Of a stretch of DNA of 64,000 bases, positions 50,889-59,745 are shown in pieces. This DNA is from Gammaproteobacteria bacterium (GTDB lineage Bacteria > Pseudomonadota > Gammaproteobacteria > Ga0077536), in contig JADLEV010000072.1 of assembly GCA_020845935.1 (NCBI GenBank), positions 3,336 through 67,335 of the forward strand, written 5' to 3'. Every line of letters starts with the position of its first letter. Within the stretch, counting starts at the first letter, position 1. The notes under the pieces were generated by a model. The model saw only the letters and a list, made by a program, of their open reading frames with translations, was not told where the DNA came from and did not search any database. A program made the position numbers and the translations under genes.

Positions 50889-51404
50889 ATGACTGCTCTA
50901 CCCCGGGTCCGCCTCACCACCTCGCTCGGCAACATCGATCTCGAACTGTTCGAGGCGCAGGCGCCGGAGACGGTCGCCAATTTCCTGCAATACGTCGCCG
51001 ACGACTTCTATCGCGACACGATCTTCCACCGTGTCATCGGCAACTTCATGATTCAGGGTGGCGGGCTCGACGCCGAATTGCGGCAGAAGCAGACACGCGC
51101 GCCAATCCGCAATGAAGCCAGCAACGGAGTCGCCAACGCCACCGGCACGATTGCGATGGCGCGCACCATGGAGCCGCATTCGGCAACCGCGCAGTTTTTC
51201 ATCAACGTCGTAGACAACACGTTTCTGGACCACCGCGATCCTTCCGCGCAAGGTTGGGGCTACTGCGTATTCGGCCGCGTCGTCGACGGCATGGCGACAG
51301 TCGAAGCCATCCGGAACGTGAAAACCGGCACCCGCCGAGGCATGCAGGATGTGCCAGTCGAGACCGTGACGATCCACGGTGCCGAGTTGCTGCCGCAGGG
51401 ATAG
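50889..51404 (+). CDS. ppiB: cytoplasmic peptidyl-prolyl cis-trans isomerase (cyclophilin B type)
   Basis: 171 aa; ...TVANFLQYVADDFYRDTIFHRVIGNFMIQGGG...GTIAMART. Confidence 0.92.
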   Translation: MTALPRVRLTTSLGNIDLELFEAQAPETVANFLQYVADDFYRDTIFHRVIGNFMIQGGGLDAELRQKQTRAPIRNEASNGVANATGTIAMARTMEPHSATAQFFINVVDNTFLDHRDPSAQGWGYCVFGRVVDGMATVEAIRNVKTGTRRGMQDVPVETVTIHGAELLPQG

Positions 51405-51409
51405 CGCTG

Positions 51410-52135
51410 ATGGCCCTGCTGTTCGTTTCCGATCTGCATCTCGCGGCGGAACGACCGGCGCAGATCGATGCGTTCGAGCGCCTGCTTGACGCGGCACGCG
51501 GCAGCGATGGTCTCTATATCCTCGGCGATCTGTTCGAACTTTGGCTGGGCGACGACGATGACACCAAGCCGCACGACCGTGTCATCACCGCGCTGGCCCG
51601 GCTGGCGGCGAGCGGCACGCCGGTGGCCGTGCAGCACGGCAATCGCGACTTCCTGCTGGGCGCCCGCTTCGCCCATCTGACCGGCGCGAAGCTGCTGCCC
51701 GAATATCATCGCGACGAGTTCTACGGTGTACCGACCTTGCTGATGCACGGCGATCTGCTGTGCACCCGCGATGTCGCCTATCAGGAATTCCGCCGCGAGG
51801 TACGCGATCCGCGCTTCTGCCAGCAATTCCTGGCACAGCCCCTGACCGCCCGGCGCGCCTATGCAAGCGAAGTGCGTGCCGGCGCCCTGGCCGCGGTCAA
51901 TGCGAAGGACGAGGCGATCATGGATGTCGATCCGGAAACGGTCGATCGCGTCATGGCGCAATACCGCGTGATGCGCCTGATCCACGGCCACACGCATCGG
52001 CCGCACATTCACGAGTCCTTTGGTGACGGCCGGTTCTACGAGCGGGTCGTGCTTGGTGACTGGTACGAAAGCGGCCGGATGGCAATCATCGACAGCTCCG
52101 GCGCGCGCCTGATCCCGGTCGCCAGTTTCATCTAA
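51410..52135 (+). CDS. lpxH: UDP-2,3-diacylglucosamine diphosphatase
   Basis: MALLFVSDLHLAAERP...LYILGDLFELWLGDDD...GNRDFLLG...HGHTHRP; follows ppiB as in E. coli. Confidence 0.93.
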   Translation: MALLFVSDLHLAAERPAQIDAFERLLDAARGSDGLYILGDLFELWLGDDDDTKPHDRVITALARLAASGTPVAVQHGNRDFLLGARFAHLTGAKLLPEYHRDEFYGVPTLLMHGDLLCTRDVAYQEFRREVRDPRFCQQFLAQPLTARRAYASEVRAGALAAVNAKDEAIMDVDPETVDRVMAQYRVMRLIHGHTHRPHIHESFGDGRFYERVVLGDWYESGRMAIIDSSGARLIPVASFI

Positions 52136-52205
52136 GGTTGCTGTGAAAGTTCCATTCGCGGGCCATGCCCGCGACCGGAGGGCTTGTTCGAACCTTCCCC
52201 AATCC

Positions 52206-53051
52206 TCAGCCCGCAAGACTCGCCAGCAGCAGCGCTGCAAGCAGCGTCAACCACACGATGTAGCTGCGATTCAGCAGACCGCACAGCGCCCGGACGCGGG
52301 ATACCAGCGTATCGGCTTCGGCGTCAGCTTCCGCCACCGGCAGCAATGCCGCCAATGCCACCCGGGTCATCATCGTCTGGCCATGTTCCAGCGAGTAGTC
52401 CTCCGTCGCGCGCCAGGCGTCGAACGCATGCTGCAGACTGCCGGCGATGCCGAAGCCCAGTGCGAACAAACGCTCCGGCACCCAGCACAGGATCGAATGC
52501 AGGTGTCGTGCCGCATCGGCCATGCCCCCATAACCACCGCCCTGCCGCAGCACGGCGACTATTCGGTACAGCACGATGCCGGCCGGGCCGAGCACGACCA
52601 GCCAGAACAAGGGTGCGAACAGCCGATCGTGCGCGGCGACGACGATACCGCGCAGCGTGAGTTCGGCCGCGTCACCGCTGCGGTCTTCGAGATTCACCGC
52701 GAGCGCCGCCCCGGCCTCGGTGCGTTCCGCGTCACTGCCGGCCTGGAGTATGCGATCGATATCCTGATTCAGATCGCCCGGGCCGAGGCAATACAGCGCC
52801 AGCAACGTCGCGAACGCGAATGCGAAAATCGCACCCAGTGCGCCGATCCAACCATACAGCAACCCGACCGCGAGCATCGGCACCGCGACCAGCAGCAGCA
52901 GACCGGGTGTGCCATCCCACCAACTCCGGCCGGAAAGCTCATTGCCCAGCCAATCGTGCCACGCGGTGACCCAGCGCGTCTCGCGCACCTGCGCCAGAGG
53001 AGCGAGCGTCAATTCGATTGCGCTTACCACCAGGATGACCAGCAGACTCAT
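52206..53051 (-). CDS. ampE: AmpE family membrane protein
   Basis: 281 aa, multi-TM; ...RLFAPLFWLVVLGPAGIVLYR...; directly downstream of ampD. Confidence 0.8.
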   Translation of the reverse strand: MSLLVILVVSAIELTLAPLAQVRETRWVTAWHDWLGNELSGRSWWDGTPGLLLLVAVPMLAVGLLYGWIGALGAIFAFAFATLLALYCLGPGDLNQDIDRILQAGSDAERTEAGAALAVNLEDRSGDAAELTLRGIVVAAHDRLFAPLFWLVVLGPAGIVLYRIVAVLRQGGGYGGMADAARHLHSILCWVPERLFALGFGIAGSLQHAFDAWRATEDYSLEHGQTMMTRVALAALLPVAEADAEADTLVSRVRALCGLLNRSYIVWLTLLAALLLASLAG

Positions 53052-53052
53052 G

Positions 53053-53637
53053 TCACTCTCCTTCGAGCATCGCCCGCAGCCGCGTCCAATCGAACGCCGG
53101 CCCCGGATCGGTTTTTCGTTGCGGCGCCACCTCCGAGTGGCCGACGATTCGTTCGCGGGTTATCTCCGGAAAGGCGTCTCGCAGCGCCGCGAGCACCGCG
53201 CCGAGCGCGGCATACTGGGCCGTTGTATACGGGATATCGTCGCAGCCTTCAAGCTCGATGCCGATGGCAAAATCGTTGCAGTCCGGCCGACCGCGAAAGC
53301 TCGAAACACCCGCGTGCCAGGCGCGCTCGGGCAATGCGACGAACTGCGTCAGCGTGCCCTGGCGCTCGATCAGCAGATGCGCGGAGACGCGCAGATCCCG
53401 CAGTGCGGCATATTCCGGACGTGCCGCGCAGTCGAGCGTATTGGTGAACAGCCTTTCGACATCGCCGCTGCCGAAGCAGCCCGGCGGCAGACTGATGCCA
53501 TGGATCACCACGAGATCCACGACGATGCCCCGCGGGCGGGCATTGCAATTGGGTGAGCGCACCTGCCGGCAACCACGGAACCAGCCGGTCGCGGCGTCGT
53601 AGACCAGCGGTCGTCGGCGTTTGGCCATGGCGGACAT
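53053..53637 (-). CDS. ampD: 1,6-anhydro-N-acetylmuramyl-L-alanine amidase AmpD
   Basis: VVIHGISLPPG...VSAHLLIERQGTLTQFV...RAWHAGVSSFRGR..CNDFAIGIELEG; divergent from nadC as in E. coli. Confidence 0.92.
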   Translation of the reverse strand: MSAMAKRRRPLVYDAATGWFRGCRQVRSPNCNARPRGIVVDLVVIHGISLPPGCFGSGDVERLFTNTLDCAARPEYAALRDLRVSAHLLIERQGTLTQFVALPERAWHAGVSSFRGRPDCNDFAIGIELEGCDDIPYTTAQYAALGAVLAALRDAFPEITRERIVGHSEVAPQRKTDPGPAFDWTRLRAMLEGE

Positions 53638-53729
53638 CGTAGCAGCGCCGCGGCCCTACCGCGCCAAGGCGAACGCCGCTATCCTGACCGGCACGACCAC
53701 CAGTCCCATCAGCAACCGACGGATCACCG

Positions 53730-54575
53730 ATGAACGCACCACCCGCACACCTGCTCGCCACGATCGATACCATCGTCCGTCTCGCCATTGCCGAGGACGT
53801 CGGTTCCGGAGACGTCACCGCCGCCATCATCCCGCCCGATCATGTCAGTACCGCGCACGTGCTGACCCGCGAGGATTGCGTGCTGTGCGGCCGGCCCTGG
53901 TTCGACCGTGTCTTCGCCCTGATTGATCCGGCCATCACCATCACCTGGTTGCATGCCGAAGGTGATGAGATCTCCGCCGACACGCGCCTGTGCCGCTTGC
54001 AGGGCCCGACCCGCGGCCTGCTCACCGGCGAGCGCACCGCGCTCAATTTCCTGCAAACGCTGGCCGCGACCGCGACCGAGACGCGCCGCTATGCAAGACA
54101 ACTCGAAGGCTGCTCGACCCGGCTGCTCGATCTGCGCAAGACCATCCCGGGCTTGCGACACGCGCAGAAATACGCGGTGGCGATTGGCGGCGGCAGCAAC
54201 CATCGCATTGGTCTGTACGATGCCATCCTGCTGAAGGAAAACCACATCGCCGCCGCCGGGTCGATTACGGCCGCCATCACCGCATGCCGCCGTCTGCATC
54301 CCGGCTGGCCCATCGAGGTCGAAGTCGAGACGCTCGACGAGGTGCGCGAGGCGATCGCGGCCGGCGCCGAGACCCTGTTGCTCGACAACTTCACCTTGCC
54401 GATGATGCGCGAGGCGCGCGCGCTGGTGCCGCCGTCGGTCCGGCTCGAAGCGTCCGGCGACGTCAATCTCGACAACATCCGCACCATCGCCGAAACCGGC
54501 GTCGATTTCATTTCGGTCGGCGCGCTGACCAAGCATGTCCGCGCCATCAATCTGTCCCTGCTGTTCGATCGATGA
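53730..54575 (+). CDS. nadC: nicotinate-nucleotide diphosphorylase (carboxylating)
   Basis: 281 aa; LAIAEDVGSGDVTA..., GERTALNFLQTLAATAT..., LLDLRKTIPGLR, ILLKENHI. Confidence 0.94.
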   Translation: MNAPPAHLLATIDTIVRLAIAEDVGSGDVTAAIIPPDHVSTAHVLTREDCVLCGRPWFDRVFALIDPAITITWLHAEGDEISADTRLCRLQGPTRGLLTGERTALNFLQTLAATATETRRYARQLEGCSTRLLDLRKTIPGLRHAQKYAVAIGGGSNHRIGLYDAILLKENHIAAAGSITAAITACRRLHPGWPIEVEVETLDEVREAIAAGAETLLLDNFTLPMMREARALVPPSVRLEASGDVNLDNIRTIAETGVDFISVGALTKHVRAINLSLLFDR

Positions 54576-54623
54576 AACAGCGCGGCACCAGCGGCGACGC
54601 GACGCGCTGGTGACCAACGCGCG

Positions 54624-55313
54624 ATGTGCGGCCGATTCACGTTGCATACCGAGGGAGCCCAACTTGCGGCACAGTTCGGCGTGCCGGCGATGGCCCGCAT
54701 CACGCCCCGTTACAACATCGCGCCCGGTCAACCGCTGGCGGCATTGCGCGGCTCTGCCGCGGCCATCGAGCTCACCCACCTGCGCTGGGGATTGGTGCCG
54801 TCCTGGGCCAAGGATCCGGCGATCGGCAATCGGCTGATCAACGCGCGCGCCGAGACGATCGCAGAGAAACCCTCGTTTCGCGCCGCCTTTCGCCGGCGGC
54901 GCTGCCTCGTGCCGGCCGACGGCTACTACGAATGGCGCACGACGGCGACCGGCAAGCAGCCGTACTACATCCACGCCCGCGACCGGCAGCCATTCGCCTT
55001 CGCCGGCCTGTGGGAGCATTGGCAAGGCGCCGACGGCAGCGAACTCGAAACCGCCGCATTGGTCACCTGCGGCGCCAGCACCCGCCTCGCGGCAATCCAC
55101 GATCGCATGCCGGCCATCATCGACACGCACGACCATGCTACCTGGCTCGACCCCGCGGCATCGGCAACGCACCTCGCCGCACTGCTGCGTCCGGCGCCCG
55201 ACGACGCGTTCGATTTCACGCCCGTGAGCCGTCATGTAAACTCGCCCGTCAATGACGATCCGCGCTGTATCGAGCCGGTCCCCAGCGAGGTCCTGCCCCA
55301 CCATGCGCCCTGA
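54624..55313 (+). CDS. yedK: SOS response-associated peptidase (SRAP/YedK family)
   Basis: MCGRF N-terminus (catalytic Cys2); ...YNIAPGQ..., INARAETIAEKPSFR, PADGYYEW. Confidence 0.9.
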   Translation: MCGRFTLHTEGAQLAAQFGVPAMARITPRYNIAPGQPLAALRGSAAAIELTHLRWGLVPSWAKDPAIGNRLINARAETIAEKPSFRAAFRRRRCLVPADGYYEWRTTATGKQPYYIHARDRQPFAFAGLWEHWQGADGSELETAALVTCGASTRLAAIHDRMPAIIDTHDHATWLDPAASATHLAALLRPAPDDAFDFTPVSRHVNSPVNDDPRCIEPVPSEVLPHHAP

Positions 55314-55506
55314 CGCGATGCTGCTCTGCTGCGCGCTGCCGCTCGCCGCCGCCGCGACGCCACAGTTCGCCGCTCTCTACGGCTCGTTCCCGGATCGCGA
55401 CAGCGCTGACGCGGCGTTAGCCACGCTGCCGGAGCAATTGCGGTTCAAGGCACCACGCATGCGTCGCTTCGGCATGGTCCAGGACCTGCTCGGCGAAGTG
55501 CCATGA
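55303..55506 (+). CDS. small exported protein resembling the C-terminal half of a DamX-type SPOR domain
   Basis: 67 aa. MRPDAMLLCCALPLAAAATP is signal-like. FAALYGSFPDRDSADAALATLPEQLRFKAPRMRRFGMVQDLL resembles the DamX C-terminus (...[38 protein letters not shown]). Third codon positions are strongly GC-biased. Its stop overlaps the next ATG. Confidence 0.5.
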   Translation: MRPDAMLLCCALPLAAAATPQFAALYGSFPDRDSADAALATLPEQLRFKAPRMRRFGMVQDLLGEVP

Positions 55507-56240
55507 GCGTCGCGAAGTTCGAAACCATCCTGCTGGCGAGCGGCGAGGATCTGCTGAAGCGGCTGTATCAGGCGGCGCAGACGGATCGCTCCACCGATCG
55601 TGGCCGCAAGCGCCGGCTGGCGCGCGCGCTCGGCTTGAGTTTCGGTCAGTTGCTGTGCGGTGTCGGCTTCAACCGCCACATTCGCGAACTGCCGGACATC
55701 GTCGCCCTGCTCGGCTACAGTTCCTACGACGCGCTTGCGCAACGACGCAACACGATGTTCGCGACCGACATCTATGACGAACTGCGCATGCGCGACGTGC
55801 TCTCGATATATAGCAGCGCCAAGGACAACTTGCCGTTGCTGGAAATCATTCAGCATCTGATGCGCCGCCGGCTCGAACATATCGAGCAGCACATCGAAAC
55901 AACCGTCAGCTCGTCGATCATCGAACGGTACAAGCGTGAAGTGCGCGCCATCTATGGCGACGGCATCGCCAGCGTGGACTTCGCCGAACAACGGCTGGAT
56001 CGACCTGCCAATGGTTTTCGCGCATTGCTGAACGAGGTCGTCCTGATTGCCGAACATCGCATCATTCCGATCGGCGATTTGTTCTTTCGCGACACCTTGT
56101 TTCCGGAAGAAAAGCGGCGGCTGATCGGCAAGGGCCTGGTCCCGCCACGGTTGATCCACCTGCGTCTCGCGGATGCCGATGTCGCGCCCGCGGAACGTGA
56201 CGTACTGCTCGAACACTCGACCATCGCGGAGACCGCATGA
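55503..56240 (+). CDS. hypothetical protein, 245 aa, no family recognised
   Basis: Coding-like codon usage, and both ends overlap neighbouring genes as ATGA. No signal peptide, TM helix or Walker motif. Possible HTH-like stretch RKRRLARALGLSFGQLL. Confidence 0.65.
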   Translation: MSVAKFETILLASGEDLLKRLYQAAQTDRSTDRGRKRRLARALGLSFGQLLCGVGFNRHIRELPDIVALLGYSSYDALAQRRNTMFATDIYDELRMRDVLSIYSSAKDNLPLLEIIQHLMRRRLEHIEQHIETTVSSSIIERYKREVRAIYGDGIASVDFAEQRLDRPANGFRALLNEVVLIAEHRIIPIGDLFFRDTLFPEEKRRLIGKGLVPPRLIHLRLADADVAPAERDVLLEHSTIAETA

Positions 56241-58114
56241 AAACACTGTTGCTGGCGATACGCGGTTGTGCCCTGCTTTGCCTGATGATGTTTTGCCGCG
56301 CTGGCAATGCCCAGGTGCCGATGACACAGCGCCCCGATACCGATGCCGGGCAGGCAATCTACCAGCGGTCGTGCGCCTCCTGTCACGATCATCCCGAACA
56401 ATCAAAATCGCCGCCGCTGGACACCTTGCGCCGCACCGGCATCCGCGCGCTGACCTATGCGTTGACCGACGGCAAAATGAAGGTCCAGGCCGCGAGCCTC
56501 GCGCCGGCCGAGGTCGACGCCGTGGTCGGTTACCTCGCGAAGACTTCACAGGTCGATACCGGCTGGATTGCCCGCCATGCCTGCCCCGCGCCGCGCGCGC
56601 AGGCCGATACCGGCACGGCGACGGTCGCGGGATTCGGCCTCGGCCTGCGGAACCATCGCGCCATGAGCGCGGCCGAAGCTGGCCTCGGCAAGGCGGATCT
56701 CGGCAAACTCGAACTCGCGTGGGCGCTCGGCTTTCCGCAGACCGCGAACATGCGCGCGCAGCCGGCGATCGTCGGCAATACAATCTACCTGCCGATCGTC
56801 GATTCCGGCCAGTTGTTCGCGCTCGACATCGCCGGCGAGCCCTGCGTGCAGTGGGTCTATCAACATGGCGTGCCGCTGCGCACGCACGTCAACTACGGCA
56901 CGCTGGCCGATGGCCGGCGCGTGCTGGTGTTCGGCGATGGCGCGGCGCATGTGCAGATGCTCGAGGCTGCGACCGGCAAGTTGTTGTGGCGCACGTCGCT
57001 GCGCGTCACCAGTGTCTCGAACACGACCGGCATGCCGGTGCTGTACCGGGATCGCGTCTACGCGCCGATCTCCTCCGGAGAACTCAACATGGGCGCGGCG
57101 CCGGAGTACGAATGCTGCACCAGCCACGGCGCGGTCGCCGCACTCGACGCCACGACCGGCGCGATCGCCTGGGTCCATCACACGATGGAGGCCGCAACAC
57201 CGCGCGGCAGGAGCCGCGTCGGCACGCAGCAATGGGGCCCGTCCGGCGCACCGATCTGGACGACACCGGCGATCGACGAGAAGCGCGGCGTGCTCTACGT
57301 CGGCACCGGCCAGAACACCTCCGAACCGCCAACCGACAGCAGCGATGCCATCCTCGCAATCGATCTCGAAACCGGCGCGCTGCGCTGGAAGCAACAGACG
57401 ACACCGAACGATATTTTTCTCACCGGCTGCATGGCCGATCCCAGTGGCCCGAACTGCCCGCCGGCCTACAGCATCAACAAGGACTGGGACTTCGGTGCAT
57501 CGATCGTGCTGGCCGCACGGCCCGACGGATCCGACATCGTGCTGGCCGGACAGAAGAACGGCGTGCTCTGGGCGCTCGACCCGGACCAGGGCGGCAAGCT
57601 GCTATGGAACGTCAAGCTTGGTCCCGGCGGCCCGGCGGGCGGTATTCACTGGGGCATGGCCTATGACGGCACGCGAGTTTATGTGCCGGTCAACAAGGTC
57701 GGCATTCCGTTCGAGGATCCGGAGGAACCCGGCCTCCATGCGGTCGAGATCGCGTCCGGCAAGATCGCCTGGTCCTGGCTCAACGCTGCGGATTGCAGTG
57801 GCGATCGCGCGCAGCGGATCCCGACCTGCGGCCGCAACTACGGCTTGTCAGCGGCGGCCCTATATGTCGACGGCACCGTGCTGCAAGGCGGCAACGATGG
57901 CTATTTCCGCGTTTTCGACGCGCGCGATGGCCGATTGCTGTTCCAGTTCGATACCGCGCGCGAGTTCACGACGGTCAACGGCGTCCCGGCCAAGGGCGGC
58001 GCGATCGACAACGCATCGGTGATCGCCGCGAACGGCCTCGTGCTGGTCCAATCCGGTTACGGCCTTGCCGGTGTCCCCGGCAATGCGCTGCTGGCGTTCC
58101 GTCCGCAGCGTTGA
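56237..58114 (+). CDS. PQQ beta-propeller quinohemoprotein dehydrogenase with an N-terminal cytochrome c domain (PVA-dehydrogenase-like architecture)
   Basis: Signal peptide, CASCH haem-c site at residues 46-50, then PQQ-repeat-like propeller sequence (GNTIYLPIVDSGQLFALD, GKLLWRT, GALRWK, GKLLWNV, DGRLLFQFD). Confidence 0.75.
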   Translation: MKTLLLAIRGCALLCLMMFCRAGNAQVPMTQRPDTDAGQAIYQRSCASCHDHPEQSKSPPLDTLRRTGIRALTYALTDGKMKVQAASLAPAEVDAVVGYLAKTSQVDTGWIARHACPAPRAQADTGTATVAGFGLGLRNHRAMSAAEAGLGKADLGKLELAWALGFPQTANMRAQPAIVGNTIYLPIVDSGQLFALDIAGEPCVQWVYQHGVPLRTHVNYGTLADGRRVLVFGDGAAHVQMLEAATGKLLWRTSLRVTSVSNTTGMPVLYRDRVYAPISSGELNMGAAPEYECCTSHGAVAALDATTGAIAWVHHTMEAATPRGRSRVGTQQWGPSGAPIWTTPAIDEKRGVLYVGTGQNTSEPPTDSSDAILAIDLETGALRWKQQTTPNDIFLTGCMADPSGPNCPPAYSINKDWDFGASIVLAARPDGSDIVLAGQKNGVLWALDPDQGGKLLWNVKLGPGGPAGGIHWGMAYDGTRVYVPVNKVGIPFEDPEEPGLHAVEIASGKIAWSWLNAADCSGDRAQRIPTCGRNYGLSAAALYVDGTVLQGGNDGYFRVFDARDGRLLFQFDTAREFTTVNGVPAKGGAIDNASVIAANGLVLVQSGYGLAGVPGNALLAFRPQR

Positions 58115-58869
58115 GCGACATTTTCCAAGCCTTCGTGCGCGCGCTGCGCGATCTGCTGCACTGGCGGATCGTCTGGCTGCTTTTGTGGCCGCTCGGAGTC
58201 TCGCTGCTGTTCTGGTCCGTGCTCGCGCTGGCGTACGCCGATGATTTCGTGCTCTGGCTGTCCGGCTCGATGCTCGACTCGCCGCTCGGCCGCCTGCTCT
58301 CGCAGTGGCTACCCCTCACCTCGATCGCGGTCGGTCTGGGCTGGCTGCTGATACCGGCCTTGCTCGTGCCGCTGGTCTTGATCACGACCAGCCTGATCGT
58401 CGGCTTTGCCGTGATGCCGGCGCTGATCGCCCAGGTCGCGCCGAAGCGCTACCCGCACCTCGAACGCCGCCGCGGCGGTACGCTTGCCGGCAGCGTCTGG
58501 AACGCGCTCATCGCCATTGTCATCTCCACGATCCTGGCCGTGGTCACGCTGCCGCTCTGGCTGCTGCCGCCGCTGTGGCCAATGCTCGCAGCGTTGCTGC
58601 TCGGCTATCTGAACGCGCGCCTGTTCCGTTACGACGCCGTCGCCGAACACGCCAGCACCGCGGAAATGACAGAACTGTTCCACCGCCACCGCTGGTCTTG
58701 GTTCTGGCTCGGCGCGCTGGTGTCGCTGTTTTCCTACCTGCCGTTCGTCGGTTTGCTGGTGCCTTTGGTCGCGGGCCTTGCATTCATTCATTTCGGCCTC
58801 GCCCGGCTGGCGGTGCTGCGGGAAGGGGCGCCATCGGCCCAGCGACCCGCAACTGGCGCTGCGAGATGA
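58111..58869 (+). CDS. EI24/CysZ-like polytopic inner-membrane protein
   Basis: About 252 aa from TTG at 58111, which overlaps the upstream TGA as TTGA. Several TM helices. The first in-frame ATG would delete TM1. The family call is by eye only. Confidence 0.5.
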   Translation: MSDIFQAFVRALRDLLHWRIVWLLLWPLGVSLLFWSVLALAYADDFVLWLSGSMLDSPLGRLLSQWLPLTSIAVGLGWLLIPALLVPLVLITTSLIVGFAVMPALIAQVAPKRYPHLERRRGGTLAGSVWNALIAIVISTILAVVTLPLWLLPPLWPMLAALLLGYLNARLFRYDAVAEHASTAEMTELFHRHRWSWFWLGALVSLFSYLPFVGLLVPLVAGLAFIHFGLARLAVLREGAPSAQRPATGAAR

Positions 58870-59003
58870 ACCGTGTTGAGTGAGCTGCCCGACCAGGCCG
58901 CCGGGGCTTGAAGCCGCAACGGGCGTCGGCTGCAGTGAAAGCTCGGTTTGCGGGTAACGCATGCGCTGCATGACCGTTGCGGTGGTTCCCGCGCAATCCG
59001 CCT

Positions 59004-59732
59004 TCAGCCCGAGGTTCCCGCGTTGTCGTTCGGTCCAAGTACGAACACCCGCTTCGCCTGATCGAGGCTGTGTTCGAAAGCGGCGTTCGGATCACGCAGC
59101 AGGCGCTCGGTCGCGCGGGCATGCGCTCGAACACGATCGTCCCGGCTCGCCAGGGCGTTGCGCAATACGGGCATGATCGCCGCTTCGCCGAGCATGACGA
59201 GGGCGCGGCTCAGGCTGAGTCGTACCTCGCGCTCGCCACGTCCGAGTTGCGTCACCAATCGTTCCGCCAGGGCTTGCTGTTGGCCGGCCGGCACGAGCAC
59301 GACCGCAGCACGCCAGGCGCTGCGGGCGACTTCATCATCGGCATCACGCAACAACGAGTCGGTGAGCGCGGGCCAGGCACCGGGATCCTTGCATTTGGAA
59401 AGCGTGTGCAACGCCTGACTCCTGGCTTGCGCGCATACGGAACTCAATTCCACCAACAGGCGTGGCACAACGATCGCCGCGGGCAGACGAATCAGCGCCC
59501 AGGTAAGCATGTCGCGGACATAGAAGTCGGGCTCGATCGCGCATCGCGCAACCAACGTGTCGAGCAGTTCCGGATCGGGACTGGAGCCAGCCGCGAGCGC
59601 GGCATTCAGCCGCGTCGACACATCGGCGGCGGCCAATGCGGCGATGAGTTCCATGGCATCCGATGGCGTGCGCGGCATTGCTGGCAAGCAACTCAAGGAT
59701 TGGCTTTGGCGGTACACCGTGCATCGATGCAC
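59004..59732 (-). CDS. HEAT-repeat protein
   Basis: Repeated helix pairs with ...D..VR..A..AL... spacing (DFYVRDMLTWALIRL, DDEVARSAWRAAV, EREVRLSLSRALVML, DDRVRAHARATERL). The start could be 59732, 59678 or 59654. Confidence 0.65.
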   Translation of the reverse strand: MHRCTVYRQSQSLSCLPAMPRTPSDAMELIAALAAADVSTRLNAALAAGSSPDPELLDTLVARCAIEPDFYVRDMLTWALIRLPAAIVVPRLLVELSSVCAQARSQALHTLSKCKDPGAWPALTDSLLRDADDEVARSAWRAAVVLVPAGQQQALAERLVTQLGRGEREVRLSLSRALVMLGEAAIMPVLRNALASRDDRVRAHARATERLLRDPNAAFEHSLDQAKRVFVLGPNDNAGTSG

Positions 59733-59745
59733 CGGCGCTTCGGCC

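Noticed and set aside
53724-55304. 526-aa minus-strand ORF; also 55377..56783 (468 aa), 52143..53447, 62157..63257, 46076..47188, 41365..42312, 40409..41350, 35160..36089, 863..1690 and similar
   Set aside because: All lie opposite or out of frame with genes that have strong family signatures (nadC, yedK, ampD/ampE, ppsR, MFS, RND, pnp). Their translations are Arg/Pro/Gly-rich and motif-free.
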